A stretch of DNA of 64,000 bases from Octopus vulgaris (lineage: Eukaryota): contig OX597825.1 of the NCBI GenBank assembly GCA_951406725.2, forward strand, positions 8,928,001 through 8,992,000, written 5' to 3'. The notes under the pieces were generated by a model. The model was not told where the DNA came from. It did no database searches and saw only the letters and a program-made list of their open reading frames with translations. Position 1 is the stretch's first letter; every line of letters begins with the position of its first letter. Below are positions 1 to 12,005 of the stretch, piece by piece. The position numbers and the translations under genes are program-made.

Positions 1-1512
1 ATTATTGTATTATTGTTTGTCTATCTATGTATCTGTCTCTTTGTTTGTTTGTGTATGTATCTATATATTCACCTTTCTATTAATCTGTATATCTGTTTGT
101 CTACCTATGTATCAATCTGCCTATCTTTTAATCATCATAGCTTTTACCTTGATACATCTCACCCAGCCTACCAGCAACTTCGACTAACAGTTGCTGCCTG
201 TCTACCTCAGTTTTATCAATTCCATTATTTCAAGGAGATACCTGAATGGTAGTTTAACACAACCGTTTATGATGAACACTTATATGGATTTAACAATTTA
301 TCATGCATAAAGGAATTGTAATTTCATTCACAGCAGCAATGCAGTGGCAGCTGGTGAGAGAAACTAAACTGCATCAAGAGACACAGTGAATGTTAGAGAG
401 ACTTTTAGAAGAACAAAACAGAAATCCTATCACGATATGCACTTCGACACAGAAATACAAAGTAACTGTCATCTAAAATACAATGTCACCATGTTCTGAT
501 AGAAAATTATTAATTGTTCTGGACAAAACAAACAATGAATCGTGCTTTAGGAAAAATCCATATAATAAAACCAATATAATGATAGATTGCTACTTATGAA
601 GGTGTCAATTGTCAATACTGTTTTGTTGTTGAGGGCTAAAATCTTTGGAATATACTCGAAACATGATAACCGTTTATTTCCTTGGCATACTTTAATAAAA
701 CGTAAAGTGACCACGTTGTGATTTAAACGCAAAATATAAATACCTAACATGTATGGTACTTAAAATGACAGTGGTAATCCACCCCATTTCACTCTACTAT
801 TATGATTTTAGAAATAGTGACAGTTTATTTTCAGATATAAATAAGCTACGTACACTTGAACCAAATTGAATGTTTACATTTTTGAATATTTTAATTGCTT
901 TCCGGCAATCAATTGACTTACACTAAAATTTTGTTAAGTACTCAAATCCCCATATTTTATTCACATTGATAATATCTAATTTCGGTCACACATAAATAAT
1001 TGTATAGAAGACGTGTATTCTCGCGATTACAGTTCCGAACTCACACACGTACTCACACACGCGTGCGCACTCACACACAACTGCATAACAACATTCTCCA
1101 ATACATAGAGTAGGCATCTATTATTGAATAAAATAGAATTAATATATTCTTGTGTACTTTAAACGATTTAATATCTTGGCACTGTCAGCGTAATCAATCA
1201 ATCATTCCCAAATGTGATTCAATATATTATTTATACGTTTTTATTATACATGTGTATTAAATTAGATTTATCTACATATAAACTATTCTTGGTTCACAGT
1301 TAACATACTTTCTGGTAGATAATCATCAGTTTTTCTTTGTTTTCTGGCCGTAGAATATTAGTATGAAATATGGAATGCATTCATAATTATTTATTTCAGT
1401 TATCATGCATATTTGCACCGGAATATATTTATTTACACAAAAATATATGAATCCATACACAGATTTATATAAGTAATGCGTGCATATGGATATATGTATT
1501 ATGAATGTGTTC

Positions 1513-1515
<3 letters not shown>

Positions 1516-1549
<34 letters not shown>

Positions 1550-1570
1550 TATATATATATGCCTATATAT

Positions 1571-1639
<69 letters not shown>

Positions 1640-1808
1640 TACATATATATATATATACATATATATATATACTTATATATATGTATATATATGTATATAT
1701 ATATATATATGTATTTATATATATATATATATATGTATATGTATATATATGTTTGTTTGTACTCCACCTGCCTTCGTCTTTTCTTTATTTTCATAAAGCT
1801 TCCCGTTC

Positions 1809-1840
<32 letters not shown>

Positions 1841-1849
1841 CATATATAC

Positions 1850-1916
<67 letters not shown>

Positions 1917-1940
1917 TATATATATATATAGTATATATAA

Positions 1941-2020
<80 letters not shown>
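1516..2020. repeat. Compound (TA)n/(GA)n microsatellite, interrupted by a short unique spacer
   Basis: Long TA runs 1516-1750 and 1809-1984 followed by (GA)n to 2020; source of the YIYI ORFs. Confidence 0.97.
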
Positions 2021-2023
<3 letters not shown>

Positions 2024-3361
2024 TGCACATTTTTTGGTGACGATGGTTGGTTGAAGGCCAAGTAAAAACCCAAGGCTTCCCGCTGATTTATCGTATAAAT
2101 TTTGAATTGACACAATAAAAACTATTCATCGAATATGACAAATGATATTTAAGTTGAATCAAATTTACTGCCGATGGAGGCACATTTCCCTGTTTCTTCC
2201 TGTTCCCGTTTTGTTGTTGTTGTTGTTATTTTTTCTGACAAAAATATATCAATACATTCTGCTGATGCGAAGCACAATATTTTAAAATGCATCAATATTC
2301 ACTCGACTGCCCGGTTTGTTATTTACTCGGTGATGAATGTTGATTTTTTTTATTTAAATATTTTTCTTCGCGTCATATCCAAGCTTAATTCTGAAAAGAC
2401 GTTATCCTTGAAAAATAAGAAATGCCATTATTAAGATCTTGTTCTTTTGGTTGAGAATATACATACAGTTAAACAAATATATGTGAGAATAGATACGTGC
2501 TTCCTGCGTACATGAGTATGTGTAAGTGTGTGCGTATGTGTGCGTGTGTGTTTGTGTGTGTGTGTATGTGTATGTGTGTGCGTGTGAAGGGCTGCAGTCG
2601 ACCAAATATTTTGGCAATGAAAATTACATTATTCAACGACATGAACCACATTGAGATTCATAAAAAATATCGAAATATGAAGACTATATTAGATAATGAA
2701 AATTTTAAAAAAATAGTGAAATTCATCAAGAGCTAAAGAGGAACAGCAAATATTAAGAAACTTTTCTATGTGACCGCAGTTTTATCGGCCAAAAATAACA
2801 GCTAAATCCTCTTCAATACAAATCCATCATCCAGAATGGACTATTATTTTACAGATGGCATTTAGAATATTGTTTCCTTCCCGAAGTTGTGATGTGTTTC
2901 AGGAACTAGATTTATGCTAACCAGTCATATAGATGCGAATACAGACACATATATAAATCATTAATTAGGATTCGATTAGCAGAACTGGGACCGTAATTAA
3001 CATGCACAGTCTTTATTCAGTAATAATCCGAAGGGTTAACGGAAAGCGGACACTATATTTGATCATATGAAAATAGCCAATGAGCTAAGAGCCTTACGTT
3101 GGTCTGCTGTATAGGGTAATGCCGAAAAATTCGGCGATATTTTCCATGTACCCTTCTACAGAAATATATCCCAACAAATCAAACTCTTGGGTTGGAATCT
3201 GAAAATCTCGGAATGATACAGAGAACAAGTAATTCGACTGCTGAATATTTAGTACATTGTATCATAAAGGGTATAATAATTGTGATATGAAATATGTACC
3301 CGTATAAATTTGGACATGAAATGCGCGTGAGTATATATAATAGATCGGTAGCCACTACACA

Positions 3362-3524
3362 CATTTTTCTCTCCTTGTTTCTCTACTTCTTTCTTTCTGT
3401 GTTCCTTTCTGTGGAGGAGCGTAGGCTCGAAACGTAAAATACTTTTTTCAGTTCCCGAGCGTTATACTAATACATCTGTTTGTTTTCTATACCATCTGTC
3501 TTCATCTCTTTTTTCGGGAATTCT

Positions 3525-3527
<3 letters not shown>
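3362..3527 (+). mobile_element. Penelope-like terminal (pLTR) fragment with degenerate minimal hammerhead, abutting (TA)n
   Basis: CTGTGGA-G-GAGC-gtag-GCTC-GAAA-CG-TA at 3409-3436; the fragment ends directly in a (TA)n tract at 3528. Confidence 0.55.
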
Positions 3528-3582
<55 letters not shown>

Positions 3583-5314
3583 CTAAGAAAATCAAAGCTA
3601 CACAATGTTAGAGAATTTTGAGTGTTATATTCGTATGAGAATGCGCCTGTTCTACAAAATACAGAAAGTGGTGTTTGAAAATGATTGTATGGATAGTATT
3701 AAACTTTGGCAGTTGCAGATATCGAACAATATGAAAAATTAGGTTACATATTTCTATAGATATCGACTATTTCACAATTCAGTCAATGTTTAATCACAGA
3801 CTATAATAGATTTTGATTGGGTCTATCTGCAACCATGCATGTGGAATTTCTTTTGACCACTTCCCCACGTTGTAGATTGTTGAGCTGTATTGTTGTAGTG
3901 GATATTTTGCTGAATAACAAGGTTTTTGTTATCCTTGTGGGGGTAAGTGGAGAACATCGATGTTAGTGTTCCGTTTCTGCATTCAATCTTGAAGTTGATG
4001 GAGATTAATAGCTTTCCAGACTGACATCCAATGAACTTTCGATAGATTTTTATATGTTTTACAGTTTTATGACTTGCGGTTATATGTAGATGTCTCGCTT
4101 AAGTTTATATTATGTACGGTTTCCTGGGCAGCGTTTTCATCTTGAAAAATTTGGTGAGGTTTAAATTATGTTTTTAATTTTATGGTAAACATCCAAAATT
4201 GGTACGATACTTTTAAACTTTTCCTTTTCAATATAGAGTCTTCTGCATATTTCTGTTCTTGGTAACTTCCTTCTTGAGACAAAGTAGATATTTACACATA
4301 TCCTTGAATAGTAGGACTATATATATCACAGTAATTTAACTTGACTTTAATTAGATTTCTTCTTTGTTTCTATATTAGTACGTTACATATGGTTCATTCG
4401 AACAAATTTACACTAATCTATTATGTATACGTTGCAGAACTTCAGTACTGTATATGCATGTAACACAGTAATGCGAAATACAGTGCTATGAATGGAGGTT
4501 TTTTTTTTTCATGGATCCATTTTTATTTAGTCTGGTTCCTCAATCAATGTGGAATTTTCTGCTTCAACTTGTATTTTTCATAGAATGCGTTTTCGCTATA
4601 AATTACAGAGGATAGTGTTTATAAAAGTTAACGTGCGTGATTTGCTGAATGTCTTGTTATATCAATAGGAGAGACGACAGACTATTGATACGAGGGAGAT
4701 ATTGCATGTAGATGTGTTGTTGCGAGTGAATGTGGGTATGAGATATAGGGTGCTGCATGTGCTTATATGATTTCGATAATTAAGAAATTTCTAAATTTTG
4801 TATGATCATCGATACAGGGTCACTAAATGCAAGGGTTTTTTTTTTGGTACACTTTTCAATGTAAGAGTTCCAAATATATATTTAGCATTTGGAGATAAAT
4901 ATGTAGATGATGAGTGGTGAACTATATACTTAATTGAGATGGATATAGTATGTGAAGGATTCTAAGTTGAGGAGACCTAGTAAAACTCCAACAAATACAC
5001 ATGTTCTCTTTTGCTAATAAAACCAGGCGTACACAATTACATATAATTGCATACAAAAATACATACACACACAAACACACACACACAGATACAAGTCGAA
5101 TAGTAAGACAAAAATAGTTATCACATCTTTGATGATTAGTTACAATTGCTTCTATACCAACTCTGCTTTCAAATCCATTTTACGTAAAATTTCGAAGTGA
5201 AAATCTACGTAATATTTACAATTTTAGACGGTAGATTCGGATTTGTATCAAATGAGTATTCTTGCATTGTGCGTCTTCCACAAAATGTTTTTTGCTTATA
5301 TCTAGGGGAAACAA

Positions 5315-5397
5315 GCATGACGGCTTAGCGACCATCTGTTTCCGGTTTCAGTCCCACTGCGTGGCACCTCGGGCAAGTGTCTTCTAATATAGCCTCG
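5315..5397 (+). mobile_element. SINE family A, 5' fragment
   Basis: ttcagtcccactgcgtggcacctcgggcaagtgtcttct matches the head of full copies at 18978 and 56077. Confidence 0.85.
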
Positions 5398-8300
5398 TTT
5401 AGGTTAGGCCTTTGCTAATATTTACTATAGATACAATCAAGAAACATTTGTCACTCTCACATGATGACTCTCGACATTCCTCATGGATCTAATGTGCCAC
5501 TTCTGCTACCATCAACTTTAAACTGTTCAACATATTTAAATATCTTCCTCGATTACAAAAGTTGCCAGCAAACTCATCAACTCGAAACAAGTGTCCAGTC
5601 AGAAAGTACCACCGGTGCTACCCTAACATCCCAGCCAATAGCAATGACGTTATCTTTTCCCCTACATTCGTATGATTATTTCCATAACCATATCGTATTC
5701 ATGCTCTCTCTGTATTTCCGTCTTTCTCACTATAGTATGACCCATTTACAAGAGTGTAAATCGTTTTGAGTATCATTCTCTAGCTCTTCCTCACAATATA
5801 TCAGTGTCACTAACATCTAGAAGTCTTTGCTAACCATCAATGTGAAAGTCGTAAACTCACATCTGCATCCCTCTCAATTTCAATACTTTCCCTATGTTCA
5901 ATACCGTTGCACTCACGTGGGCGGGCGCCTAAACTCACGCTCACGACGCTTGTAAGTCAATTAGAAGAGTTAATAATAGAGGACTGTGTTCTCATCAGTA
6001 AGAAATCAATATTTATCAAAGGAATTGTGGCTATTGAAATAGAAAAATAATTTAATAACAATAAGAAATAGTAGTTTTAAGAGGGGAAAGGAGAATGATA
6101 ACGGATAAAACGCCAATCATTCCGTCCTTTTGTATGCTTTTGACTCTACGCTTTCCTGTTTGGGTAACGAAATGTACAAATATTAGTAAATTGAACGTTT
6201 TCAAACTGCGTCCATTTTTTTTTTTACTGAAGCAGAGACAATGTTGCAGGGTTTTCAGACGTCAAGTAATAACATTAAAACTTCATATACTCGTTTCGTA
6301 TTTGATATCAACTGCTCTATGTTGATATCAATGTATGTTAATGTATGGCAGTGCGTTGTGTATGCGCGCGTTTAATATAGAAACATGGTGAGGGATTTCA
6401 TTGGTTTAAAATAATACGAAAAACAACTTTGTATATGAGTCGCTATATTTTATGCATAAATTTTTTGCGATCGTGTCTCTACATAAGGGAAGAAGTTTAG
6501 AATAAATATATGTTTCTAGTGTAAGTTGCCCACACATATACTAACACTCATTTAGACTTATGCAAATGCATATATGTAGCGCGAATTGTAGTTAAAGATA
6601 TGGAAAGAATATATCCCAACATACGTTTTTTATACGGAAACCTGTGAGAGAACACAAGTGCAGTAAGAAAAACATCTACACCAAAAAGATATGTTGAAAT
6701 CTCACAAATAATTTATCACCCCACCCCCTCAGTTTGTATTTACGACATGTTGTACTATTTGTCTGTGATACGTCTGCACCATTCGTATCTCCTTTACCAC
6801 TAGGTGATCTGTCGCACATGATACGGTTTGACGTACCGATCCTCGATTCGAACCTCCGACGTTCCGATAATCATTTGGATTGTTCAATCAATAGACCTCA
6901 TCCATTCACTGAAAACTGATTTTCAATCGGTTCACCGATTTCAGGTGTTATTTTAATAAATGATTGTTTCTTTGTATAACAATCTTAGAGTTCCATGTCA
7001 GCTATCTGTGTGTTCATATACATATTGCATAGTTTTATTTGTTAACAATTTGGTAAATAATAAACAGGTTTTTATTTTCATTTCAGCGAATCTAGACATT
7101 TTTAAAGCACGGATCTATATAATTACGAAGAAAATCCTTCGTAAATAATATCATAAACACTTAGAAAAACTGTGATATATAAATGTAAAGCAAGAAAATT
7201 CCAATCCTATTTGTTTCATGAACGTAGTAAGCTCCAAATGGCTTAACAAAAATTCGTTTGCTTTCGGTTACTTCACTTCCCAGAAAGTTATATAAAATAT
7301 ATTCCTTAAGGTTAGAGTTGTTGGACACCTTATACGTTTTACTTATATTAATTTCAAATTGCTTACAATTACCCTCCACCACCATCAACATATACACACT
7401 AACATAACTGAACTTAGTTATTTTAATCTTAAACTTGCTGTAGTAGGGAATATAATATGAAAAACATCGCATATTTTCTGACTGCAAAGTTTCTTTCAGC
7501 TAATATTACTGAAAGCCCACATATGTATCCTATATACACAAAGTCATATAGAAAATAATTCAGCTGAATTGCAAAGATCATTGCAGAAAAATATTCTCAT
7601 AGCGATCAGGACAATTGATTGGAAAAAAATTGACGGTGAAATTTGAGCAGAGAAACTTTCTAGAAGAAATTGAATAAAATTATGTATTAACGTAACAATT
7701 TGCTGTCTTCAATATCTTCTATACATTGATACTTGCAGTAACTGATTTTCCAGTCACTTATATAATGTTATATTATTCTTGAGAGAGAAACTAGATATCT
7801 AGGCAAACTAGTTCAGTGCAGAAAGATCGGGTCATTGTTTCACTGAAAGAAAGTCTGAATAGATTGTTTTGATTGAGTGGTTTACTTTGAAATCAAAGGC
7901 GTTCTTCGTTGTTTTGAGGACGGTCGAAAGTCTTTGTGCTGTTTAGTGAAAGGATTGACATAGTGTTGAACTTTTTCTGTATAATTCAATGAGATACTTG
8001 ATAACGGATAGAAGGTCAATGGTGAATAACAATAAAGCATGAAGACTATTTGACTCCCCGTTGACTGAGCCCTGAATTAATCATATGATGTATGAATAGA
8101 AATTCGCAGATTATAACTACAACTGAACTTGCTATATATACTGACAAAATTCTGGCTATTGTGAGAGAACGGTGCGTGCAATTCTAATCAGGCAAAAGCT
8201 GGTTTAAATAATTTTAAACAATTGAATTTCAGATAACAGACAATACAATCAACAGCAGCTAACAAAGACAAACATGGGAGAAACTGAAACATGGAAAATA

Positions 8301-8661
8301 GATTCAACGATGAAGCGATTTTGACATGGACGTGAAGTAGGTTTGAATAGATTTAAGACAAGATCGATTAGGAAAAGCAGAAGTATTGTGTGAGTTATCC
8401 AATAATATCACTTGACAAGTTAAATCATTTTTGCTGTTAATAATCGATGTGGTAATGATCCATCGATGGCATTTCAAACCGTATTATGCAGTTGAGCAGG
8501 ATATGTTCTACAATGTCCTGGCAGAAATAAAATTCTATTTAAATACCATATTTAAGGATATTATGTAAATCTTCTCCTTGTATGATTAACGTTCACATTG
8601 CCATTTCTAAACTAATGAGTTAATGAGGTGTTGATACTTTTATATAATATATATATATATA

Positions 8662-9144
8662 TAACTAATGTTGGATAAAATTTATAAATTTAACCCTTAA
8701 AGGTATTTTTTGATATCTTGGCCATTGATGAAGTTTTTTTCCAGAAAAATTTTTATCATACATTAGTTATGAATTGAATAGTGTTCACTTCCGGATTCTC
8801 TCACTCTGTGAAAGTTTCTAGTTCGAATCACACGTGTCTCGAGATTTGCCGAAGATTTTCTCTATTTTGGATATATTTGGGGTACTTAGGTCTGCTCAGG
8901 ACTCAGTGCTTGCTTTTTCCATGGGTATGAGTAAGTATTTCACTTATATCTCGCGTATTTGCCGCTGAAGAGGGGAAGATTTCTTACAAATTAACCCCGA
9001 AATTGGACCAATACGGTAATAACGAATTTTTTAGAAATTTCTATCGGTTTGTTTTGAGACGCATAAATTATAATGGTGATTGACAATTTTTGGGGTTTTT
9101 TCGGCATATTTGGCATTAGAATTTTTGTTTTGCCCTTATCTTGT

Positions 9145-9148
<4 letters not shown>
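8662..9148 (+). mobile_element. ~490 bp hammerhead-carrying non-coding element (retrozyme/PLE pLTR-like) between two (TA)n tracts
   Basis: Bounded by TA arrays at ~8641-8661 and 9149+; contains an intact hammerhead; no credible ORF. Confidence 0.65.
8959..9019 (+). ncRNA. Type I hammerhead ribozyme
   Basis: Stem I TTGCCG/CGGTAA; core CTGAAGA 8965-8971; stem II GGGG/CCCC; GAAA 8999-9002; stem III TTGG-a-CCAA; AUA cleavage triplet ending 9013. Confidence 0.85.
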
Positions 9149-9184
<36 letters not shown>

Positions 9185-9201
9185 CATATGCAAATACACA
9201 T

Positions 9202-9274
<73 letters not shown>

Positions 9275-9986
9275 AGTAGGAGAAAACATATGGGTCGAAG
9301 TTAATGAACAAATCTATTACATTATTAAAAACAAAACGTATATTTCAACGTAATTTTACATTTAAGATTCGGGGCAGAAAAGAATATATGTCGACTCCTT
9401 GATCTCGGTGACGATCCATCGAGTGAATACAGAAAGTGTAGCGATGGAAAAGTGCCATAATCCTATAAACAAACGAAGCGATGCAAAGTCATTAATTGAT
9501 GTTAAGAGGAATAGATAATGAAATGTAATGTCTCTGTCGCCATTTTTCCAGACAAATGGCGTCCAATCAGAGTCTTTTAGTGATAACATACACTTATATT
9601 TCTACATATACAATTCTAAAAGACATTCCATAAATTACAGACACAAGAAGGAAAACAAATTAAAAATACATAAGTATTGTATATATACACAAATAAATAT
9701 ATTCATATAATCCTGCAGCGTATACACACACACGCACTCCTACATATATAAACCAATTATAACATTGACAATATAAACCCATATGTACATAAGATTCACA
9801 CACACACACAAATACATAGAACATTATAGCCACTTATACTCACGCAAACGGACCTTATACAGATACACACGTAGATACAGAAACTCAAATACACACACAC
9901 ACACACATATATATATACACACACGTACGCACACATACACATGTACATATACCACGATTCAATTGACTGCTGCAAGAAATTAACAC

Positions 9987-10359
9987 AGATGTGACTGTAT
10001 GGTAAGTAGCTTGCTTCCCAACAACATGATTCCGTGTTCAGTCCCACTGCGTGGCACATTGGGCAGAAATATTTTTCTATAGTCTCTGGCCAAACATAGT
10101 CTTGTGAGTGGATCTGGTAGACGAGAAACTGAAAAAACACGTCGTATATGTGTGTGCGCGTGTGTGTCTGTGTGTGTGTTTTCCCCACCCCCACATCATC
10201 GCTTGACAACCGATGTTGGTTTGCTTACTTGCTTACATCTTCGAAACTTAGCGGTTCAGCAAAAGTGACCGATTGACTAAGTACTAGGCTTATAAGGAAT
10301 GAGTCGTGCGGCCGATATCTTCATCATGGACGCAGTCAAATGATTGAAAAGTATAAAAG

Positions 10360-10362
<3 letters not shown>
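9987..10362 (+). mobile_element. SINE family A (tRNA-derived, internal TG/TA microsatellite), diverged full copy
   Basis: Colinear with 18978-19380 and 56077-56510 from head (ggtaagtagcttgct) to tail (gcagtcaaatga.tgaaa). Confidence 0.9.
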
Positions 10363-10419
<57 letters not shown>

Positions 10420-10514
10420 TTGTGTGTGTGTGTATGTATGTATATGTATATGTATAATAATAATAATGATTCTTATTATTATTAGTAATATTATCGTACT
10501 GATAATATATCAAA

Positions 10515-11042
10515 TACCTTATGACAATATAGTAAGGATTGTTCATTGGGTACCTTGCAACAAGTATGGACTTAGCAGAGTAAAAACGTGGTACGAACAT
10601 AAGCCCGAAGGCATCATCGAAACTGATAATGCAAAGATCCTATGAGATTTTATGATTCAGTGCGACCATGAGATAGAGAAACGGAAGTCTTAATTGAGAA
10701 AGAAAGCAATCGATGGTTGATCATAGATATAGTATGCCAAGCTGACAACGTGATAAGGAACAAAGAAAAGTCGATAAATATGACAGGCTAGCTTGGGAGG
10801 TAAGCAGTTGTGGTCGCTGAAAAAATTGCCGGAGCCCCGGGAACGGTGAGTAAAAATCTTGGGAAGTACATGGAAGAAATAAGGTCTGCAATAAGGATAA
10901 AGACTTGCAGAAAACAGCACTGCTTGGAACCGCTGGAATACCTCCGATAGTGGTCGAAAAATAAAATGAATTATCTTAGTTTACTGGTGGTGAACAGCTG
11001 AACCCGTAGTATGTCTCCAGCGTTAGAAGGTTTGCAATGAGG
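10515..11042 (+). mobile_element. R4/Dong-like non-LTR retrotransposon 3' fragment (restriction-like endonuclease domain plus 3' UTR), decayed
   Basis: Translates across stops/frameshifts to YDNIVRIVHW..KYGL..WYEHKPEGIIETDNAKIL*DFMIQCDH..LIIDI..KVDKYDRL..LQKTALLGTA, the typical RLE C-terminus; (TAA)n-like sequence lies upstream. Confidence 0.85.
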
Positions 11043-11044
11043 GA

Positions 11045-11235
11045 GAAGAAGAAGAAGAAGAAGAAGAAGAAGAAGAAGAAGAAGAAGAAGGAGGAGGAGG
11101 AGGAGGAGGAAAAAGAAGGAGGAGGAAAAGGAGGAAGAAGGAGAAGGAGGAGAAGAAGAAAAAGAAGAAGAAGAAGAAGAAGAAGAAGAAGAAGAAGAAG
11201 AAGAAGAAGAAGAAGAAGAAGAAGAAGAAGAAGAA
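11045..11235. repeat. (GAA)n/(GGA)n microsatellite
   Basis: Pure purine triplet tract. Confidence 0.97.
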
Positions 11236-11329
11236 GGGGCGAGTCAAGTCCAAAAGTCATAATATGCATACAGACTGCTGATAGCATTGAAACAGATGTG
11301 CTGCTCGAAGCATTTTTATGTGTAACTGC

Positions 11330-12005
11330 TTAACATCTTGGAAGAAAAACAAACGAAACATGAGAATGGAACCAAGGTGGAGAAAACAATAGTTGAGCAC
11401 GTTGCCTATTTGCGAAAATATATGAGCAGGTTTCAAAGTGGAATAAACAATGAGCTGCAGAATGTTGAAATTAAAGCTCAACTGAAAAGAGAATACAAAG
11501 AACGCAGGATTGCAATTTACGATATTGAAGGGAGCAGGCAAAGATTTACTGCGAAATCAGGAAAGCTTGCAAGGTATGAGGGACATACACAGCAGTTGAT
11601 GCAGAACATGATGTTCCAGATAAATTACAAATATTGTTCGGTAAGTTAGAGAAAAAGATTCAATTCAGTGATATCATACCAGGGGGGAAAGAGTGTGTAT
11701 GGCTTATGGGACGGTGTCTCAAATGGAGCATTCATATCAATGAGGAAGTTAAATAGAAGGAAAAAGTTGAAGAGAAAATGAGAGATAAAACAAACAATGA
11801 AATATCACAATATCACAGACAACAATTAAGAAATAAATAATTAAAATTTTAAAAAAAATTAGAAATCACCAACCCCGATGAAATTGAAAGGATATTGCAT
11901 TAAGGTATTTACGGCATGCCATTTATGAACTGCAAGCCGATTTCAGGAAATTCTGGATGGCGGGGATGATCCACGGGAAAACAACATTAGCGTTGAAGGA
12001 TATGT
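11330..12005 (+). mobile_element. R4/Dong-like LINE fragment, region upstream of and entering the RT domain, decayed
   Basis: KLARYEGHTQQLMQNMMFQ resembles RL.RY..R..Q..QN.LF; later KSP..D..GY and MIHGKTTLALKD resemble WKSPGPD..GYW and W.T.GRT.LI.K. Confidence 0.65.

Noticed and set aside
1295-1335. Minus-strand CTGATGA...GAAA
   Set aside because: No stem II, stem III or stem I pairing; chance motif.
1476-2115. Long YIYI-type ORFs here and throughout the window
   Set aside because: Translations of (TA)n/(CA)n microsatellites, not genes.
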